NCBI GenBank assembly: GCA_048623215.1 | Contig: JBMCBT010000001.1 | Span: 8,409 to 72,408 of the forward strand | DNA: 64,000 bases | Direction of reading: 5' to 3' | DNA from: Halothermotrichaceae bacterium | GTDB taxonomy: Bacteria; Bacillota; Halanaerobiia; Halanaerobiales; DTU029 | Shown here: piece by piece, positions 63,238 through 64,000 of the stretch | How positions within the stretch are numbered: position 1 is the first letter of the stretch | Layout: the number at the start of each line of letters is the position of its first letter | Position numbers and translations under genes: made by a program | Notes under the pieces: model-generated | Database searches by the model: none | Seen by the model: the letters and a program-made list of their open reading frames with translations, nothing else | Told to the model about the DNA's origin: nothing

Positions 63238-64000
63238 TTATTTTTCTATAGTTTGAACTTTAATATTTACAGTTCCTTTTAAATAATCTCCTGGTTCTAA
63301 AATTACAGTTCCTGTATCTTCTATACCTTCTTCTGCCATATTAAATCCATTATTACAATTAGTTACAGGTTCTATAGCAAAAAAATCTTTTTCTTCAGCA
63401 GGACAGTAAATTACTGTATGTTTAAATATTTCATCTTTTTCCATCACTACTTCCAGTCCGCTTTCCTGCCATTTGATAACTATATCTTCATCACCAGCCC
63501 TGAAACAACTGTCAAGAAAAGCTGTAGTTAATTCATTTCCTTCTGTAAAATCCAGACTATTTTCAGTTTTAATCCAGTGTCCGCTGGGAATCTGTGTTTC
63601 ACCGGGATAAATTCCCAAGGTATCCATTTTGACGTTTATCTTTTCCCGTTCACCTTCAAGCTTACGCATAAAATAGGGATGAATACCCATACCGGCCGGC
63701 ATCTCCTGTTCACCTGTATTTTCAATACTCATATTGATTTTTAAATTATTATCTTCCAGTAAATATTCCATCTCTGCTTTAAAAGGAAAAGGCCAGGGAA
63801 TATCATCATACTCACTGCTGTCAAACTCAATTAATAGACGTTCTTTCTCTTTTTCAACTACTTTCCAGGGTCTGGTCCAGGCTTCACCATGAATAGCATG
63901 TCCATCATCAAAGGTAACCTCAAGCTGATATTCCTGCCCCTTAAATTTTAATAAAGCGTCCTCAATTCTATTTGAGTAAGGAAATAAATTAAAAGAAGCA
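63238..64000 (-). CDS. Aldose 1-epimerase-family protein (5' end beyond the window)
   Basis: MPAGMGIHPYF motif. The frame stays open upstream of the track's Met (…HGEAWTRPWKVVEKEKERLLIEFDSSEYDDIPWPFPFKAEMEYLLED), so the gene continues past 64000. Confidence 0.75.
   Translation of the reverse strand, partial: ASFNLFPYSNRIEDALLKFKGQEYQLEVTFDDGHAIHGEAWTRPWKVVEKEKERLLIEFDSSEYDDIPWPFPFKAEMEYLLEDNNLKINMSIENTGEQEMPAGMGIHPYFMRKLEGEREKINVKMDTLGIYPGETQIPSGHWIKTENSLDFTEGNELTTAFLDSCFRAGDEDIVIKWQESGLEVVMEKDEIFKHTVIYCPAEEKDFFAIEPVTNCNNGFNMAEEGIEDTGTVILEPGDYLKGTVNIKVQTIEK

Overview
The window is an AT-rich, gene-dense bacterial chromosome segment with about 70 CDS. Almost all are on the minus strand; only cstA, a broken tlpA-like gene and an amino-acid permease are on plus. 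I saw no rRNA, tRNA, CRISPR array, transposase, integrase or phage gene. All family calls rest on motifs read by eye, because no searches could be run.

Positions 1-33.5 kb form a conserved Firmicute housekeeping and sporulation backbone in the gene order I recall for the origin-proximal region of Bacillus subtilis. Read along the minus strand it runs pyrG, fba, rho, rpmE, a tdk stub, prfA, prmC, tsaC, mntP, a ywlE-rpiB fusion, upp, a GT4 transferase, the complete F1Fo atp operon, murA, spoIID, a spoIIQ-like gene, spoIIID, mbl, and an S55 peptidase.

Positions 33.5-64 kb are more lineage-specific:
- thioredoxin-fold and PDO redox genes
- a putative cAMP module (orphan exported protein, CHASE2 adenylate cyclase, FecR-like protein, CRP-type regulator)
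- a DUF134 and Mrp/NBP35 pair
- a non-canonical chemosensory-like module (MCP, CheY, and a membrane-anchored CheA-type kinase ending in a CheC/CheX-type phosphatase domain)
- an LPS block (lpxB-like, msbA-like, a second LpxB-related gene, O-antigen-ligase-like) preceded by a HutP-family gene

LPS and TamB-like genes together with sporulation genes and acidic protein tails suggest a diderm, possibly halophilic Firmicute such as Halanaerobiales. This is inference only.

Most notable observations:
- the kinase-phosphatase fusion at 47137-49863
- the cyclase module at 36922-42030
- a Na+-type ion-binding signature in the ATP synthase c subunit
- a tdk relic
- three frame-disrupting indels at poly-A runs in two small redox/Cys-rich genes
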